The notes under the pieces were generated by a model that was given only the letters and a program-made list of their open reading frames with translations, searched no databases and was not told the DNA's origin. Source: an uncultured virus (IMG/VR IMGVR_UViG_3300043446_000670) (lineage: Duplodnaviria > Heunggongvirae > Uroviricota > Caudoviricetes). From it: a stretch of 64,000 nucleotides of DNA. Positions 36,401-46,032 of this stretch are shown here, piece by piece. Position numbers and translations under genes: made by a program. The stretch lies in the IMG/VR virus record IMGVR_UViG_3300043446_000670. One strand, 5' to 3'. Within the stretch, counting starts at the first letter, position 1; each line of letters opens with the position of its first letter.

Positions 36401-38858
36401 TGTTCTCAAGGACTTGGCTTACGGAGGCGTATTCTTCTTTGCGCTTCTCTTCTGCCTTTCTTTGGATCTCTTCCTCTGCCCTGCGCTTTAGGGTGCGGCG
36501 ACCCTTGGCTTGGGTTAGGGCTTGGATCTCTTCCTCAGGCAGACCTTGGACAATTGCCCGCTCGGCTTCGTCCCGCGATTTAAATACCTGAACCGCCTTG
36601 TTGTCCTTGAACAGGGTATAGCCCTTGCCCTTGACCCGTTTAGCCTTCGCCTTGATTACAGAGACAGGAGCCTTCTCCGGATCTACGCGTTCAAGCTGTT
36701 TGTTTAAACGATCAAGATTCTCAGCAACCTTGACACGGATTTTCCCAAGGGTGGCTTGGGCTTTGTCGTACTCAATGCCGGTCTGCCCAGCAAGTTGCAT
36801 GTTGGTTAACTTCTCTTCAGCCTTTTGCAGGGTCGTTTCGTTCTGCTCAATCCGGTTGTTGATTTCCTTGACCAGCCTACCCTGACCCTTGACGTACTCC
36901 TGAGACCGGGCATTAGCCTCTTCCTCGGTCGCATACACCTCAGGCAAGGTGATGTCGCCCATCTGGATTTGGTAGCCCTCTGGCTTCTCGCCCCGCTCAA
37001 ACATGCCTTCTTGGATCTTGTAGCCCTTTGGCAGGACTGCGGCGCTCGTAGGAGGCGATATTTGGTCTCCCTGCCTATCCACATCCCCACGACGAACAGC
37101 CTCGTCCAGAATCGATTTGGCGTAGGCATCCTCTTTTAGTCCGGTGGAGAGGCGAATATCCGACAAGGCTTCTGCGGTCAGGATGGGCTTGTCACCCATC
37201 GTCTTGTCCAAAGACTTAATCGCAGCGTTGTATTGCTGATCTGTAAACCTTATGGCATTCGTTCCTGTCTCCAGCTCCGCCTTCTCCGGCAGGGCTTGGA
37301 TAGATTTAAACGCAGCAAATAGCTGCGGCTGGGACATGGAGTTCAGATCCCCCGTCCCGGTGGTTCGGGTCAGGAAGTCCGTGAAAGCTTGGTCTGTGGG
37401 GATCTGTTTAGCCTGCGCTTGGTCAATCACATCCCGTGCGGTTAAACGCTCACCCTGATACCCGGTACGGGAGTTAAGGATGGTGTCTATCTGTTTTTGC
37501 TCTTCTGCCGGGTTTACACCGGGCATCGCATCAGCAATGTCCTCGATGGAGTAGCTCTTAATCGGGGGCAGACCCACCGTCTTGCGGTACTCATCAATAT
37601 GTTGATTCAGGTAAGGGTCAATCCCCTCTGCCTGTAGATCTTCCTTGGAGATGTCCCCCAATGGATTACGAATAGGATGGACGTTGGTCGGAGCCTTGAT
37701 TTCTACCGGCGGGGCAGACATGACTGCCTGTTCCTCGGCTTGCTGTTTGGCTTCCTGTTCTTGACGCAGGGTTTCTTGCTCTTGTGCAATCTCCTGATCC
37801 AGCTTTGCAGCAGCCTCGTCCCGCTCTCTTTGTTTATCAATCTCATGTTCCCGGCGAAGCTGGGATAGCTGAAGCGGAGAGACTGCCGCACCTGTTAGGG
37901 CACCCATCAAGGCATCCCGTGCGGTTGCGCCAGCAACGCCGGAGAAGGTTGAGGTATCTATCCCTGCATTCTGTAGAGCGACGTTCTCTGTGATTTGACC
38001 CACGCCACCTTGAATGCCTTCTGGAATAGATTCTTCCAAAGCACTGCGACCAGCAGTCCTTATGGCGCTAGGCTGGGTCAAAGGACGGGTAGCTTGTTTA
38101 GCTTTGGCGGTCTTTCCAAGGATGGATTCCACACCGGTAACAGAATCCAACATGCCAGCGGCAGTGCTGCCCATGATTCCGGGGGCATTGGAGCTTAGAT
38201 ATTCTTGGGCTTTAACGGCTTGGGCTTCAGCCTCTGCACGAGACAAGCCCTTCTCATCCATTAGCTTCTGGGTGACGCTGTCAAAGATATTGCCCTTGGC
38301 TTCACCGGCTCCCTGTAGGGCACCAATAACAAGCTTGGCGGTCAGGGTGACTGCACTAGCAATTGCCAAAGGAGCAGACGCAACCATCGCGGCAAGACCA
38401 GCGCCAATCGCAGGGAGAGAAGAAGCAACACCAGACACGGTAGCCTGAACAGGCGCTTCTGCGACAGACCCTAGACCTGCCATGATCTCTGCGCCGATAC
38501 CTTGCTCACCTGCGCGGCTCATGATCTCTTCACGGCGGCGCATCTCTTCCAAACGCTCCGGCGACATCCCTGCCTGAATCTCAGCAGCGTACTCCCTAAG
38601 ACCTCTAGCAGGAGCAGATTCAGCACCAAACGCAGACGCAATCGACCCAGCAGAACCAACAAGACTTGCCAACCCGGCTCTAGCCGTGTCTTTTAAAGAC
38701 ATCGGCGCTCTGGGCTGATCCTTGAGTTCTTCTGTGGTGAAACCAGCATAAGGATGCTGGGCTACGACTGCGCGGATAACATCATCTTGAGAAGCTCCAT
38801 CAGGACCCTCAATACGATAAGTTTTTCCGTCAGGTGCTTTAATCTGATAGAGCGCCAT
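30363..38858 (-). CDS. Giant polyvalent virion protein: zincin peptidase, ART-like domains, gp88-like domain, LPD38-like C-terminus
   Basis: HESIH...EEAIAD; YYHTT..IHLT; CP..C..C/RLNVTSD/FYDYTK/DGD..D.R; IYHG; FKKWFG...MYHGT...GFDG...PEQLKS; IPIPFEVG. Confidence 0.8.
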   Translation of the reverse strand: MALYQIKAPDGKTYRIEGPDGASQDDVIRAVVAQHPYAGFTTEELKDQPRAPMSLKDTARAGLASLVGSAGSIASAFGAESAPARGLREYAAEIQAGMSPERLEEMRRREEIMSRAGEQGIGAEIMAGLGSVAEAPVQATVSGVASSLPAIGAGLAAMVASAPLAIASAVTLTAKLVIGALQGAGEAKGNIFDSVTQKLMDEKGLSRAEAEAQAVKAQEYLSSNAPGIMGSTAAGMLDSVTGVESILGKTAKAKQATRPLTQPSAIRTAGRSALEESIPEGIQGGVGQITENVALQNAGIDTSTFSGVAGATARDALMGALTGAAVSPLQLSQLRREHEIDKQRERDEAAAKLDQEIAQEQETLRQEQEAKQQAEEQAVMSAPPVEIKAPTNVHPIRNPLGDISKEDLQAEGIDPYLNQHIDEYRKTVGLPPIKSYSIEDIADAMPGVNPAEEQKQIDTILNSRTGYQGERLTARDVIDQAQAKQIPTDQAFTDFLTRTTGTGDLNSMSQPQLFAAFKSIQALPEKAELETGTNAIRFTDQQYNAAIKSLDKTMGDKPILTAEALSDIRLSTGLKEDAYAKSILDEAVRRGDVDRQGDQISPPTSAAVLPKGYKIQEGMFERGEKPEGYQIQMGDITLPEVYATEEEANARSQEYVKGQGRLVKEINNRIEQNETTLQKAEEKLTNMQLAGQTGIEYDKAQATLGKIRVKVAENLDRLNKQLERVDPEKAPVSVIKAKAKRVKGKGYTLFKDNKAVQVFKSRDEAERAIVQGLPEEEIQALTQAKGRRTLKRRAEEEIQRKAEEKRKEEYASVSQVLENKVKPPLRALLDRFGLKDVALELEKDMKAEGEYSKSVIKIALDSANPIRTLRHESIHALKELGFFTPQQWKALEREAKTKWIDTYLRQRNINGDPLEAGQQSRYDAYMNVYKGDQNAIIEEAIADAFGDFDMTKAPPGMMSAILKRLKLFFEALKNAFAGAGFQTSEDIFGKVERGALKPTKQVVKPSEPKFDQNDAWRATPQEREEALDMYATDGFLPYTSQGRLNVPIDEVKYSLQKYNPEKHLSFDPALNLPINKDGTITLYYHTTKDESLAINSTKVIPAQGRNRIHLTNESSGAKILVEKGDMEQDVDGSTVLVYVTPDMLQVDRMYDDGRVDVYIPVAQGEYFNKKMKQHSIQKARSDAIAKSFSYDDHEKRITDAIKQYKAATVAERKTLVTNARKLLKREHNVGSLLTENGKLEKTRIGDYNLNYDGLPVASQGLGLASAQKITEKTSTCPRSAICEGLCLGETSGGNFMFGGAAAEDVGSINKSSFRAGARMVQYLKTEALIVNPEAFAVILQSEIDSLRKWSASPTVRKKNAETGKMENIAKDIYAPAVRLNVTSDFKPSMFRGVIDGNKDVMFYDYTKINSDSIAPNHHLTYSSTGFGQIVDGKPVFFKNKAGRYDHNWETVKDRLNNGFNVAMAFSSKSALPKFLKDEKSGKTYRILDGDLYDARYLDQYSREKEESEGAGVIVGLRNKAGTLSEKNATEKTDGFFVKYDPKTDGDTVVAPDQDQFKTAEPPKPELTKTIPIAVKKFSLRDLPKGETYILKKGTRIYHGAHQTRAEEIKAGGKKLLARPPYKSGGGMMDEGNLIWFGGEDLATGHSKSEIDTLRAKYDEEKGLLRMEGDVFSAITDQDYSLLNRNKKLTQAEANTLNKALQLPDYKKVKAGDGLWQAARRAHDVSPVVDHWKVGYSGDMTDSLAKSLTALGYDGLFDETGIALVAKEGIDISQTPMKRYSLRDTPQFKKWFGESKIVNEDGTPKVMYHGTAQDITEFKPKQANAIFVTDDPKFAGSFAEMSENYMQRNPREFFTEKQIDQFKKEGAKVAKAKGTDPLDEYLEIARNNLASRANILPVYVSAQNPFDFSNPEHIRAIEAESTYALPINEIITGTWETIETPRIQELIKAAGFDGFYVKEGGRKNLAVYNPEQLKSATGNVGTFDQFNPDIRYNLRNTTDPAIMADVDRVTTARVEQGFVERITNALSPESFSYFREKALNRYNRLGEYDRALVQKMGGAKLMADSSAEAAALMSDLGAGLTASALGVHDRVGGVPVYKNGVTTVSNLNNTVKGPVAIFAPLAKYGDPTIYQLYQYWAGAKRGKRLLADGREEVYTPAMIARAQKIGQQYPEFDQIQKEWIKFNNGLVKFLVDTGVLSKNKADEFTRYSDYVPFYRQFDGEKTIGPNLFASISGVKGPKKLKGGEAPLADFLETVVRNTQSSIQMGIKNVAAQRAANVATQIGQATRLNHVSSGPDVFTTLENGKLTYYQSHDPLFINAIKSLNLPDLPFLGLLSTPANVLRNLVTKDPGFMLANMVRDSMSAYVTSGANMKPVVSTIANFGKAISNSSPEYAALLNAGLIGGYEFSQNVEQSGKTMEEAMRIKAGIKKGTDYFTGVWQALEKGTTASDAATRMEVYKNTLAETGNEAEALFRAMEVMNFNRKGSSAVIRVLTAAVPFLNARIQGLDVLYRAAFGRMGNDPKAVQKAFIVRGMTMFALSCMYWALTHDDDEYKKQEQETRDNYWLFPSLGVKIPIPFEVGILFKVIPERIMGVTFGDDTGKDFARSMGRQLSSTLAFNPIPQTALPLVEVVTNHSFFTGRDIVPQGLKDVAPEFQVGPGTSMFAQWIGKMAGLSPIQIDHLFKGYTGTMGGYAVDVLDMVMDFNGDSPKVSKRLEQMPIIKRFALDPEARGTVTAFYEMKDSVDEVTRTINLLEKSMNYKDMGEYMTDNMKLLATKDYIQDLEKQMKELRDMKNMIRNSQMSGDQKRDAILDITKMENQLTQNMQNLKKMVSE

Positions 38859-38861
38859 GTT

Positions 38862-40322
38862 TTATCTCACCACTTGTGCTGGTCCCCATTGTCCCTTGCC
38901 AGTATTAGGCGGGGCTGTCGGAATTGATGCGATACCACCGCTTTTGGATCTACGTATGGCTTCTTCCATTTCTTGGATGAGCTTTTGTTTGCTTGCCTCA
39001 TCCTTTGCCATTTGTATCAATGGCTGGTACTTAGCACGAATAGCTGCCTCTTCTTTCTGTTTGGCAACATCCAATGCACCTTCTGATCTAATGGCAGCGG
39101 AAGACAGATCTTTGGCTTTATCAAGTTGCTGATCAATCGGAAGGTTGGGGTAAAGCTGTTGGATAAGAGCAAGATTCTTTTGAATCTCAGTCTGAGCATA
39201 AGCCTTAGATGCCGAAGCGGACTGAGCAATCTGCTGTGCTTGAAGTGCTTCTGTTGCACGATGCGATCTTTCAGCTTCTTGGGCAGTTGCTGCATGACCA
39301 AGTACGGTAGCCCTGTTCTGAGCCATGTTTTGTTTGATTTCAGCAATCTTCTGCTCATGCTTTGCCATAGCCTCTATATCGCCGCGCTCTTCTGCTCTGC
39401 GGAGGTTTGCAATCTCAAAGTTCAGCCTTGCCATATCCATAGACTGTTGGCGGCGCTGGGCTTCTTGACGGGCGTATCGTTCATCAGCAGCAGCTTGGGC
39501 TGCGTTATAAGCAGAACCAAAACCGCCAAATACATTCCCGCCACTTCTTGTGGCTTCACCAGCAGCAATCAATGAATTCCAAAAATCCCTTTTCTTCTGG
39601 GCTTCTTGGCGCTCTTGGAAAGCTTGTTGGTTCTTAATATCCTGTTCCTCAAGCCCTCTTAGACGGCTTTCATAGTCAGCCCCAAGAGGCTTTTGGAGAA
39701 TTGGGCTTGTCTTCTTGCGCTCCTCAAGAAGTTCCATAGGGCTACGCGGCATAGGCACATCCTGCATAGCTTGTTCCACAGCCATCCTTGTGTAATCCGG
39801 GGAAGCTTTGGGCTGTTGTGTTGCAATCCCTTTGGGCTGTGATTTCTTTTCCTGCTTTGGCTTTTCTTCTTCCGTAAAAGGATTTTTTACGTAGTCACCT
39901 TCAGCAAAGGCAACAATACCGCCGCTGTCAAAGTTAAACATATTGCCGGTTGGTAATCTTGTAATACCACCGTTTGCGTATGTGGGTACGCTTTCAAGTT
40001 GGTTTGGCTGGGGAACTCCCTCAGGGATTTCTTCTCTGGGCTGGGCTAGTTGCTGGGCTAACTGCTGACCGCCCTGCTGTTGACGGGCTTGATCTGCCAT
40101 CAATTGATTGGAAGCCTGTTCCATAGCCTTGCGTTCCACCCGGTCTTTGACAGACATGTCTGGGGGAGTTGCTTTCTTGGCAGCTTGTTCAACATCATTC
40201 CTGCGTTGCAGTTCAGCAAGAGCAAGATAAGGTGGAACATCAGGGTTCCCGCCATTAGCGTAAGAAACAACCGCCTGCGTAGGCAGACCCTTTAAACGCT
40301 CTTGAATTTGTATAAGGTTCAT
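38862..40322 (-). CDS. Putative internal virion/ejection protein
   Basis: Q/A/E-rich helical protein with YANGGI and FDSGGIVAFAEG motifs. Confidence 0.65.
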   Translation of the reverse strand: MNLIQIQERLKGLPTQAVVSYANGGNPDVPPYLALAELQRRNDVEQAAKKATPPDMSVKDRVERKAMEQASNQLMADQARQQQGGQQLAQQLAQPREEIPEGVPQPNQLESVPTYANGGITRLPTGNMFNFDSGGIVAFAEGDYVKNPFTEEEKPKQEKKSQPKGIATQQPKASPDYTRMAVEQAMQDVPMPRSPMELLEERKKTSPILQKPLGADYESRLRGLEEQDIKNQQAFQERQEAQKKRDFWNSLIAAGEATRSGGNVFGGFGSAYNAAQAAADERYARQEAQRRQQSMDMARLNFEIANLRRAEERGDIEAMAKHEQKIAEIKQNMAQNRATVLGHAATAQEAERSHRATEALQAQQIAQSASASKAYAQTEIQKNLALIQQLYPNLPIDQQLDKAKDLSSAAIRSEGALDVAKQKEEAAIRAKYQPLIQMAKDEASKQKLIQEMEEAIRRSKSGGIASIPTAPPNTGKGQWGPAQVVR

Positions 40323-40332
40323 TTTTTTTACC

Positions 40333-41148
40333 TTATTTGGCAATAGATCCGATGTTCACGCCCAGACCCTTCAAGGAATTCAGCAGACTACCTAGACCAC
40401 CAACGGTCGAGGAAAACTGACCAAGATTGCTTTGCTGACCCGGCGCATAACTAACCGTGGAGATAGGAAGGTTCTGTAGCATGGACTGCTGGAACTGAAG
40501 CATCTTTTGTGGGTAGTCGCGCTGGGCAAGAAACTCGTTGTAATCTGCCGTGACACCTTGTTGTTCGATGTCTCTTTGGGACTTTCCTGCCTCTCCCAGA
40601 ATATCTGACAGAGTCTTGGCTTGGGCTTGTTCTTGATTAAACTGCTGCATGGCTTTATCAAACGCCGTGGCATACCCTTGACCAACAGTCTTATTCATCT
40701 CTTGCATCAGGTTCCGCTGGGTTTCTGTATCCATCAAAGCCTGACGAGTACCACCAAACGCGCCCGCGCCAATTGCCTTGGCTGCGTTCTGCATTTGGGT
40801 AATCTGTGACTGACGGCGCAGTTCATCCAGTTGAGGCTGAAGAGCCGACTGAAGATACGGGTTCATGTATTGCTGGGAAACATCACCAAAGGATTTCCCA
40901 AGCAACGAAGGGTACGACAGACTCCCCAGACCTTGAAACATCTTTGACTGTAGGTCGGATGGACCGGCAGTCATGGGTCCTTGGTAGATCTGATACGGAG
41001 TCTCTGCAAGCCCTTTGGCTTTGCCAAGCATCTCCGTTACATAAGGACCTGCCCATTCAGATAGGGTGGAGGATTCTGAACCTACCCTTTGAGAGGTGTT
41101 TGGGGCGTTGGTTGTTCCAGTCACGCCAGTGGAAGTGGTATCTGCCAT
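40333..41148 (-). CDS. Putative DNA ejection/pilot protein
   Basis: YMNPY, AGAFGGTR, Q-rich helices, Gly-rich hydrophobic C-terminus. Confidence 0.65.
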   Translation of the reverse strand: MADTTSTGVTGTTNAPNTSQRVGSESSTLSEWAGPYVTEMLGKAKGLAETPYQIYQGPMTAGPSDLQSKMFQGLGSLSYPSLLGKSFGDVSQQYMNPYLQSALQPQLDELRRQSQITQMQNAAKAIGAGAFGGTRQALMDTETQRNLMQEMNKTVGQGYATAFDKAMQQFNQEQAQAKTLSDILGEAGKSQRDIEQQGVTADYNEFLAQRDYPQKMLQFQQSMLQNLPISTVSYAPGQQSNLGQFSSTVGGLGSLLNSLKGLGVNIGSIAK

Positions 41149-41157
41149 GATATTTCC

Positions 41158-41919
41158 TTATGCGGGCAAATGTTTATCTGCCTTTGAGTTGACGGCAACC
41201 TTGTTCTTGCCGACCGTCTTGCCACGGGACTTCTGGATACGTTCCATCATGGCGTAGAGCTTTCTTGCTCCTGCTTCTGTGCTTCCATTGCCTAGTTCTG
41301 AAACAATCCGCGCCGGGACAACAAACTCGCCATCAGCAAGACGGGCAGGTTGTTTCTCTCCAATAGTGGCAGGGATAGAATCGCTGACCCCATCACCGGG
41401 ACCTTTTAGTAGCTGACCGCCATCTGAATACCCGCCAAGGGAAGAGATACCCCCCTCATTCATCCTAATAATATTCTCAGACGGGAAACCATCCATAAGA
41501 CCGCCTTCAGCAGCCTTGGTGTAGGTTGTAGGTTTAAAGTAGGTAATACCGCCAGAACCGGGACGACGAGGAACAACCTTGCCTTCTGCGGTTGTCATCG
41601 TTGATGTGGAGTAAGGGGTCTGCTCTCTTGTTGCGGTGTAGGTTGGGATGCCACCTGTATAACCGCGATAGGGAGTTCCACCACCTCCAGCGCCAAGCTG
41701 ATTTAAAAGATAGGACAACCCAGCCACACCGGCAATCTGCGTCCCTATCCCGGAACCGCCGGACAGGACACTGCCGATAGTGTTTAAAGCATTACCCCAG
41801 TTCCCGCTAGAGATATTGGAGAAGAAGTCCCCAATACTTGAGGAGGAGCCGGTAGTAGATCCACCGGTAGTGGAAGTTGTGGGGTCTGGGATGTAGTTCC
41901 CGCTCCAATCATATGCCAT
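41158..41919 (-). CDS. Putative internal virion protein
   Basis: YSDGGQLLKGPGDGVSDSIPA...ARLADGEFVVPA. Confidence 0.65.
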   Translation of the reverse strand: MAYDWSGNYIPDPTTSTTGGSTTGSSSSIGDFFSNISSGNWGNALNTIGSVLSGGSGIGTQIAGVAGLSYLLNQLGAGGGGTPYRGYTGGIPTYTATREQTPYSTSTMTTAEGKVVPRRPGSGGITYFKPTTYTKAAEGGLMDGFPSENIIRMNEGGISSLGGYSDGGQLLKGPGDGVSDSIPATIGEKQPARLADGEFVVPARIVSELGNGSTEAGARKLYAMMERIQKSRGKTVGKNKVAVNSKADKHLPA

Positions 41920-44900
41920 ATGTGCCTCGCCCTAAAATATCAATTAGCTCGTTTAAATCAATATCCTCACCCAAGCCAATTAACGAAGATATATCATTTT
42001 CATCTGTTTTCTCTCCGGGCACAACCTGCCTTGCCTTAAGAAACTCAGGCTCTTTACCCGGCATGGTGACGCTCAGAGGTTGGTATTGCTGTTGAATTAA
42101 TTCCCCCTTGGAACCAATCTGCTGGGTGGGAGCATTAAATTCCTTGCCATAATAGAAAGCCTCGGAGGGACCAGAGGTTTTGGCTTCAGCTTGTTGAATA
42201 GCTGGTAGTGCCGCAATCCCCATGAGAGCTTTGTAAGTCTGCTGCCTTTTTTGCAATGCGGCTTTTTGTGCTGCGGCTTGGGCAGCAGCTTGAGCAGCAG
42301 CATCTCCTGTGCCAGTGCCCTGAGTCCCAGTTCCTTGCCCTCCCGGACCTTCTGTGGTGGTTCCCGGAGCGCCTGTCGTTGTTCCGGGGCCTATTCCTGC
42401 CCCAGATCCTGTACCAGATCCTGCGCCAGCTACATCACCGGTTTGTGTGCCAGTGCCTGCACCGCCAGTAGTAGTGCCTCCAGTAGTAGAGCCAAAAACC
42501 CCTGCTAAATCCATGCGCATCATATTGATGCCGGTTTTTCTAATGTCTTCCGCGCTTGGGTTAGAAATACCGCTGTTTCTTAAGACTATCTCTGCATCTT
42601 TTAGATAGTCGCTCATGACAGAGGAATTTGAAGCAAACTGCTTGACCAAAAAATCCAATGATGAAGTTGGATCGGTGTAGCTTTGTACGTATTGATACTC
42701 TTCAGTTGGAGTTTGTGCAAAGGAAGAGAATGCGCTTCCATAGCCCCCGCCAGCGCCAGCAGTGCCGCTTTCTTGCTTTGCCTGATAGCTTTCTATGTTG
42801 GTTTGTGAAGATTTAAAATTTTCCGACGGAGTTAATTTATTATTTTCTAACTTGGTCAGAAGTTCTTGTTTTTTTGTTTCAGGAATTGGCGAAAGATCAA
42901 TAAACTGTTTAGCCGCATCTTCACCAAGCTTGTCTCTTGCAATTAAAACAAAATCTTCAGCATCGCCTCCTGACGCTCCACCTGTTCCATAGGCAGAAGA
43001 CAAGGTAGCATAGGGCGAATTTGGATCTGGCGTTCCAATACCAAACAAAGCTTTCACTCTGTTGTCTACAAATCTCCAGTCTCCATTAGCATCTTTAAAC
43101 CAAGAAACTTTTGGGTTTGTGACATTTACTAACGTGCCGTCATCATTTTTTCTAAAGTTTCCTTCATTGCCTAGGTCGATTTCCTTTTCAACAAGTCTGT
43201 TAAAGTCCCTGTTAAAGTTTTCTGTTCCGGGTTGAAGAGTCTTAAGTTGAGTTTGCAGTTCGCCAGTTAATTCTGCCGTGGCAGGTCCAATCTGCGTATC
43301 TTGCAAAAATTTTGCGTAATTACCAGATAAACTTTGAGCAATCCTTAAAGCATCTTCATTTGAGATATTTGGTATTGCCTGTTTTATTTGCTCGACGGCA
43401 TTTTCATCAAAATCAGAAGCAATAATTGCATCGTAGTAATCTTGTATTTCTGCATCTGCATTTCTTTGTGTAAGAGGAAACCCAGAGGCTCCAGATCCAA
43501 CCGGCGGGACATAATTCTTTTGTGCCCTCGCGGCATTAATTGCAAGAGACTTACCTGCGTTCTCTAATGCCTTTACTACGTCATCACCACGGGCAGCAGC
43601 AGTTGCTGCGACACCTGCTGCGTTACTAGCAAATGTCTCCAGCCCGTTTAAACTTTTAGGATCTATTCTGCCTGTAATAAAGTTCTTGGCTTCTTCTGAA
43701 GCAAAGTTTCCAACAATGCTATAAGCAATGTTTTCACCAATGTTGGATGGGTCTGAAATGGTAGAGGCAAGTCCACTGGTCACGCCGCTTGCAATGATTT
43801 TCTCTGTTTGATCTACAGACAGATTAGAAATCCTTGCCAACTCTTTAATGTTAGCTTCCCCTGTTGCCCCGCCGCCCATGACGGTTTTTGCAATGTCAGA
43901 GGTATTGGCTGAAACAGCGCCGCTTACCAATCCAGCTTGCATAGCCTTGCTTACATCACCACCTGTAAGTGCAGCCATGCCGCCATTCATGATGGAGCTT
44001 GTGAGCGCAGATATACCGGTTTGACCAACAACCTGACCTAAAGTAATCGCAGTTGCTGGAGCGCCTACTGTAAATGCGGTAGGAGCAACTGCTGCTGCTG
44101 TACCAACTTGAATACCACTTAATGCAGATGAAAGAGCTTGACCAAGCTGCGGGGCAAATACCAAAGAAGCAATTTGGATTACAGGAGCAAGTTCAGCAAG
44201 CTGCCCTCTCCATCCCGCATGGCTAACGCCCACCGCATCAAAATAGTTGGCAGCAAGTTGACCATTAGGCTTGGTAACAGGGACTAGGTTTCCACTACCG
44301 TCTGCTTTAAACAAAATAGCAGCATGAGGGGCTTTTTGATTGGCTCCTGCACCAGTCCTATCAAGCGCATTGGCAACAACGTAAAAATCCTTGGTTGCAT
44401 CATTGATAGCGTTGTACTTTTCCTCATTAGTCTTAAGACCAGATATATCAACGCCAGCTTGTTCTGCCGCCTTTTTAAAGTCCCCGGTGTAAGAAACTCC
44501 TCCACCCATAGGGGAAGTCGTTTTTTCCAAACCAAAGATTGCAGCCCCACGGGCAACAGAAGATCCGTCAGACTTTACGTTCCAACCAAACGCATTGTAG
44601 TTGTCTCGATATTGATCTTTGTTAAGGGTGTCGCTCTTGTATTTATTAAGCACAGAATCCAGCGCACCCTGATCAAGCAGTGGAAGTCCTGTGCTTTGGT
44701 CAATGTTTGTAAAGTAATCAGGATTGGCTTTGGGCAGATTAACCGTAGGAATATTCGCCATTTTCAGAGGATCAATCTCTGAAATCATGGATGTTACTGG
44801 CTTAATAAGATCATCAAGCTTGGTGTTTTTAACGGCAGTCTGTATCTGACCCAGAAGAGTCTGTACTGACTTGGCATCAGCAAACTTGGTAACATCACCA

Positions 44901-46024
44901 AGACTTCCCTTGATGTCATTGATGTAGTTTCCTACATTGTTTATTGCCTCGTTCCTTTGTTCTAACAAAGGATTAAAACTGTCAACCAAACTTTGATAAG
45001 AATCATTTGCTTTGTTATAGGCAGAGTCTGCTTTGTCAAAAGTTGACTGCGCTGTTTTTATTGCGGCATTCTTTTCTGTTTGGATTGTGTTGTAAAGCTT
45101 GTCTAAATTGGAATTAGATGTATCGTAAGTTTTTTGGGCAGTATTAAAAGAACTTTCTGCCGCAGTCCTAGCAGCCTGTTCGGCTTTGTTCATTCCGGAT
45201 TCGGCAGTAGATCTTGTTCTATTTGCATTTGATATTGATGTTTCCGCAGCTTTTTCTGCATTTGATCTTGCATTATTAACAGCAACATCTGCTTGATCGC
45301 GAGTTTTTACTGCGGCATTTACCATCTGATCTGCTTTAGAATCAGAGTTTTCTATTGCCTTCTGAAGTTCAGCCCCTCGTTTGTCGGCTTCGTTTCTTGC
45401 ATTAACCCATTTTTGTTCGTTAGCGCGTTCTTGTTCCTTGCTGGAATTACGCACAGCATCCCAAGCACGATCAATAGCTCTTTGGGCTTCCTCGTACTTT
45501 TCTCTTTTGCTTCTTATGTCTGAATCGTTGTTATAACGATCCCTTGAGTTATTTCTGTAATCTTCGGCTTTTTTTAAAGCTTCATTTGCTTGGGTAAGTT
45601 TTTTTACAGAATCTTGATACGCAGAATTGTTCTTTAGAAAATCACCAGAATCTTTAAATTGATAAGCCTGACGCAGCTTTTCTTCAGCCTCTTTAAAAGT
45701 TTTAACTGAGTTTTGATAAGAAGTATTGTTATTAAGATAGCTTTTAGAGTCTAAGGTTTGCCTAGCCTTATCCAAAGCTTCTTGGGCTTTTTGAACAGCA
45801 GATGATGCGCTGGTATATCTAGAGTCACTCTTTATTGATTTATCGATGTTGTCTTGCAAAGATTGAAGCTTAGACAAAGCCTCATCTCTAGCTTTCTGGG
45901 CATTCGCCAGCGTAGTCTTAGAAGAAGACGAGTTCTTTACTGCTAGGTTGTATTTGTTCTGAGCAGTAGTAACGGCAGTGATTGCCTTTTGTACATCTGC
46001 CAGTTTGACGGCGGTATATGCCAT
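41909..46024 (-). CDS. Large coiled-coil putative internal virion protein
   Basis: 1371 aa; long N-terminal helical repeats, Ala/Gly hydrophobic middle, G/T-rich linker. Confidence 0.65.
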   Translation of the reverse strand: MAYTAVKLADVQKAITAVTTAQNKYNLAVKNSSSSKTTLANAQKARDEALSKLQSLQDNIDKSIKSDSRYTSASSAVQKAQEALDKARQTLDSKSYLNNNTSYQNSVKTFKEAEEKLRQAYQFKDSGDFLKNNSAYQDSVKKLTQANEALKKAEDYRNNSRDRYNNDSDIRSKREKYEEAQRAIDRAWDAVRNSSKEQERANEQKWVNARNEADKRGAELQKAIENSDSKADQMVNAAVKTRDQADVAVNNARSNAEKAAETSISNANRTRSTAESGMNKAEQAARTAAESSFNTAQKTYDTSNSNLDKLYNTIQTEKNAAIKTAQSTFDKADSAYNKANDSYQSLVDSFNPLLEQRNEAINNVGNYINDIKGSLGDVTKFADAKSVQTLLGQIQTAVKNTKLDDLIKPVTSMISEIDPLKMANIPTVNLPKANPDYFTNIDQSTGLPLLDQGALDSVLNKYKSDTLNKDQYRDNYNAFGWNVKSDGSSVARGAAIFGLEKTTSPMGGGVSYTGDFKKAAEQAGVDISGLKTNEEKYNAINDATKDFYVVANALDRTGAGANQKAPHAAILFKADGSGNLVPVTKPNGQLAANYFDAVGVSHAGWRGQLAELAPVIQIASLVFAPQLGQALSSALSGIQVGTAAAVAPTAFTVGAPATAITLGQVVGQTGISALTSSIMNGGMAALTGGDVSKAMQAGLVSGAVSANTSDIAKTVMGGGATGEANIKELARISNLSVDQTEKIIASGVTSGLASTISDPSNIGENIAYSIVGNFASEEAKNFITGRIDPKSLNGLETFASNAAGVAATAAARGDDVVKALENAGKSLAINAARAQKNYVPPVGSGASGFPLTQRNADAEIQDYYDAIIASDFDENAVEQIKQAIPNISNEDALRIAQSLSGNYAKFLQDTQIGPATAELTGELQTQLKTLQPGTENFNRDFNRLVEKEIDLGNEGNFRKNDDGTLVNVTNPKVSWFKDANGDWRFVDNRVKALFGIGTPDPNSPYATLSSAYGTGGASGGDAEDFVLIARDKLGEDAAKQFIDLSPIPETKKQELLTKLENNKLTPSENFKSSQTNIESYQAKQESGTAGAGGGYGSAFSSFAQTPTEEYQYVQSYTDPTSSLDFLVKQFASNSSVMSDYLKDAEIVLRNSGISNPSAEDIRKTGINMMRMDLAGVFGSTTGGTTTGGAGTGTQTGDVAGAGSGTGSGAGIGPGTTTGAPGTTTEGPGGQGTGTQGTGTGDAAAQAAAQAAAQKAALQKRQQTYKALMGIAALPAIQQAEAKTSGPSEAFYYGKEFNAPTQQIGSKGELIQQQYQPLSVTMPGKEPEFLKARQVVPGEKTDENDISSLIGLGEDIDLNELIDILGRGTYGI

Positions 46025-46032
46025 GTTTAAAC

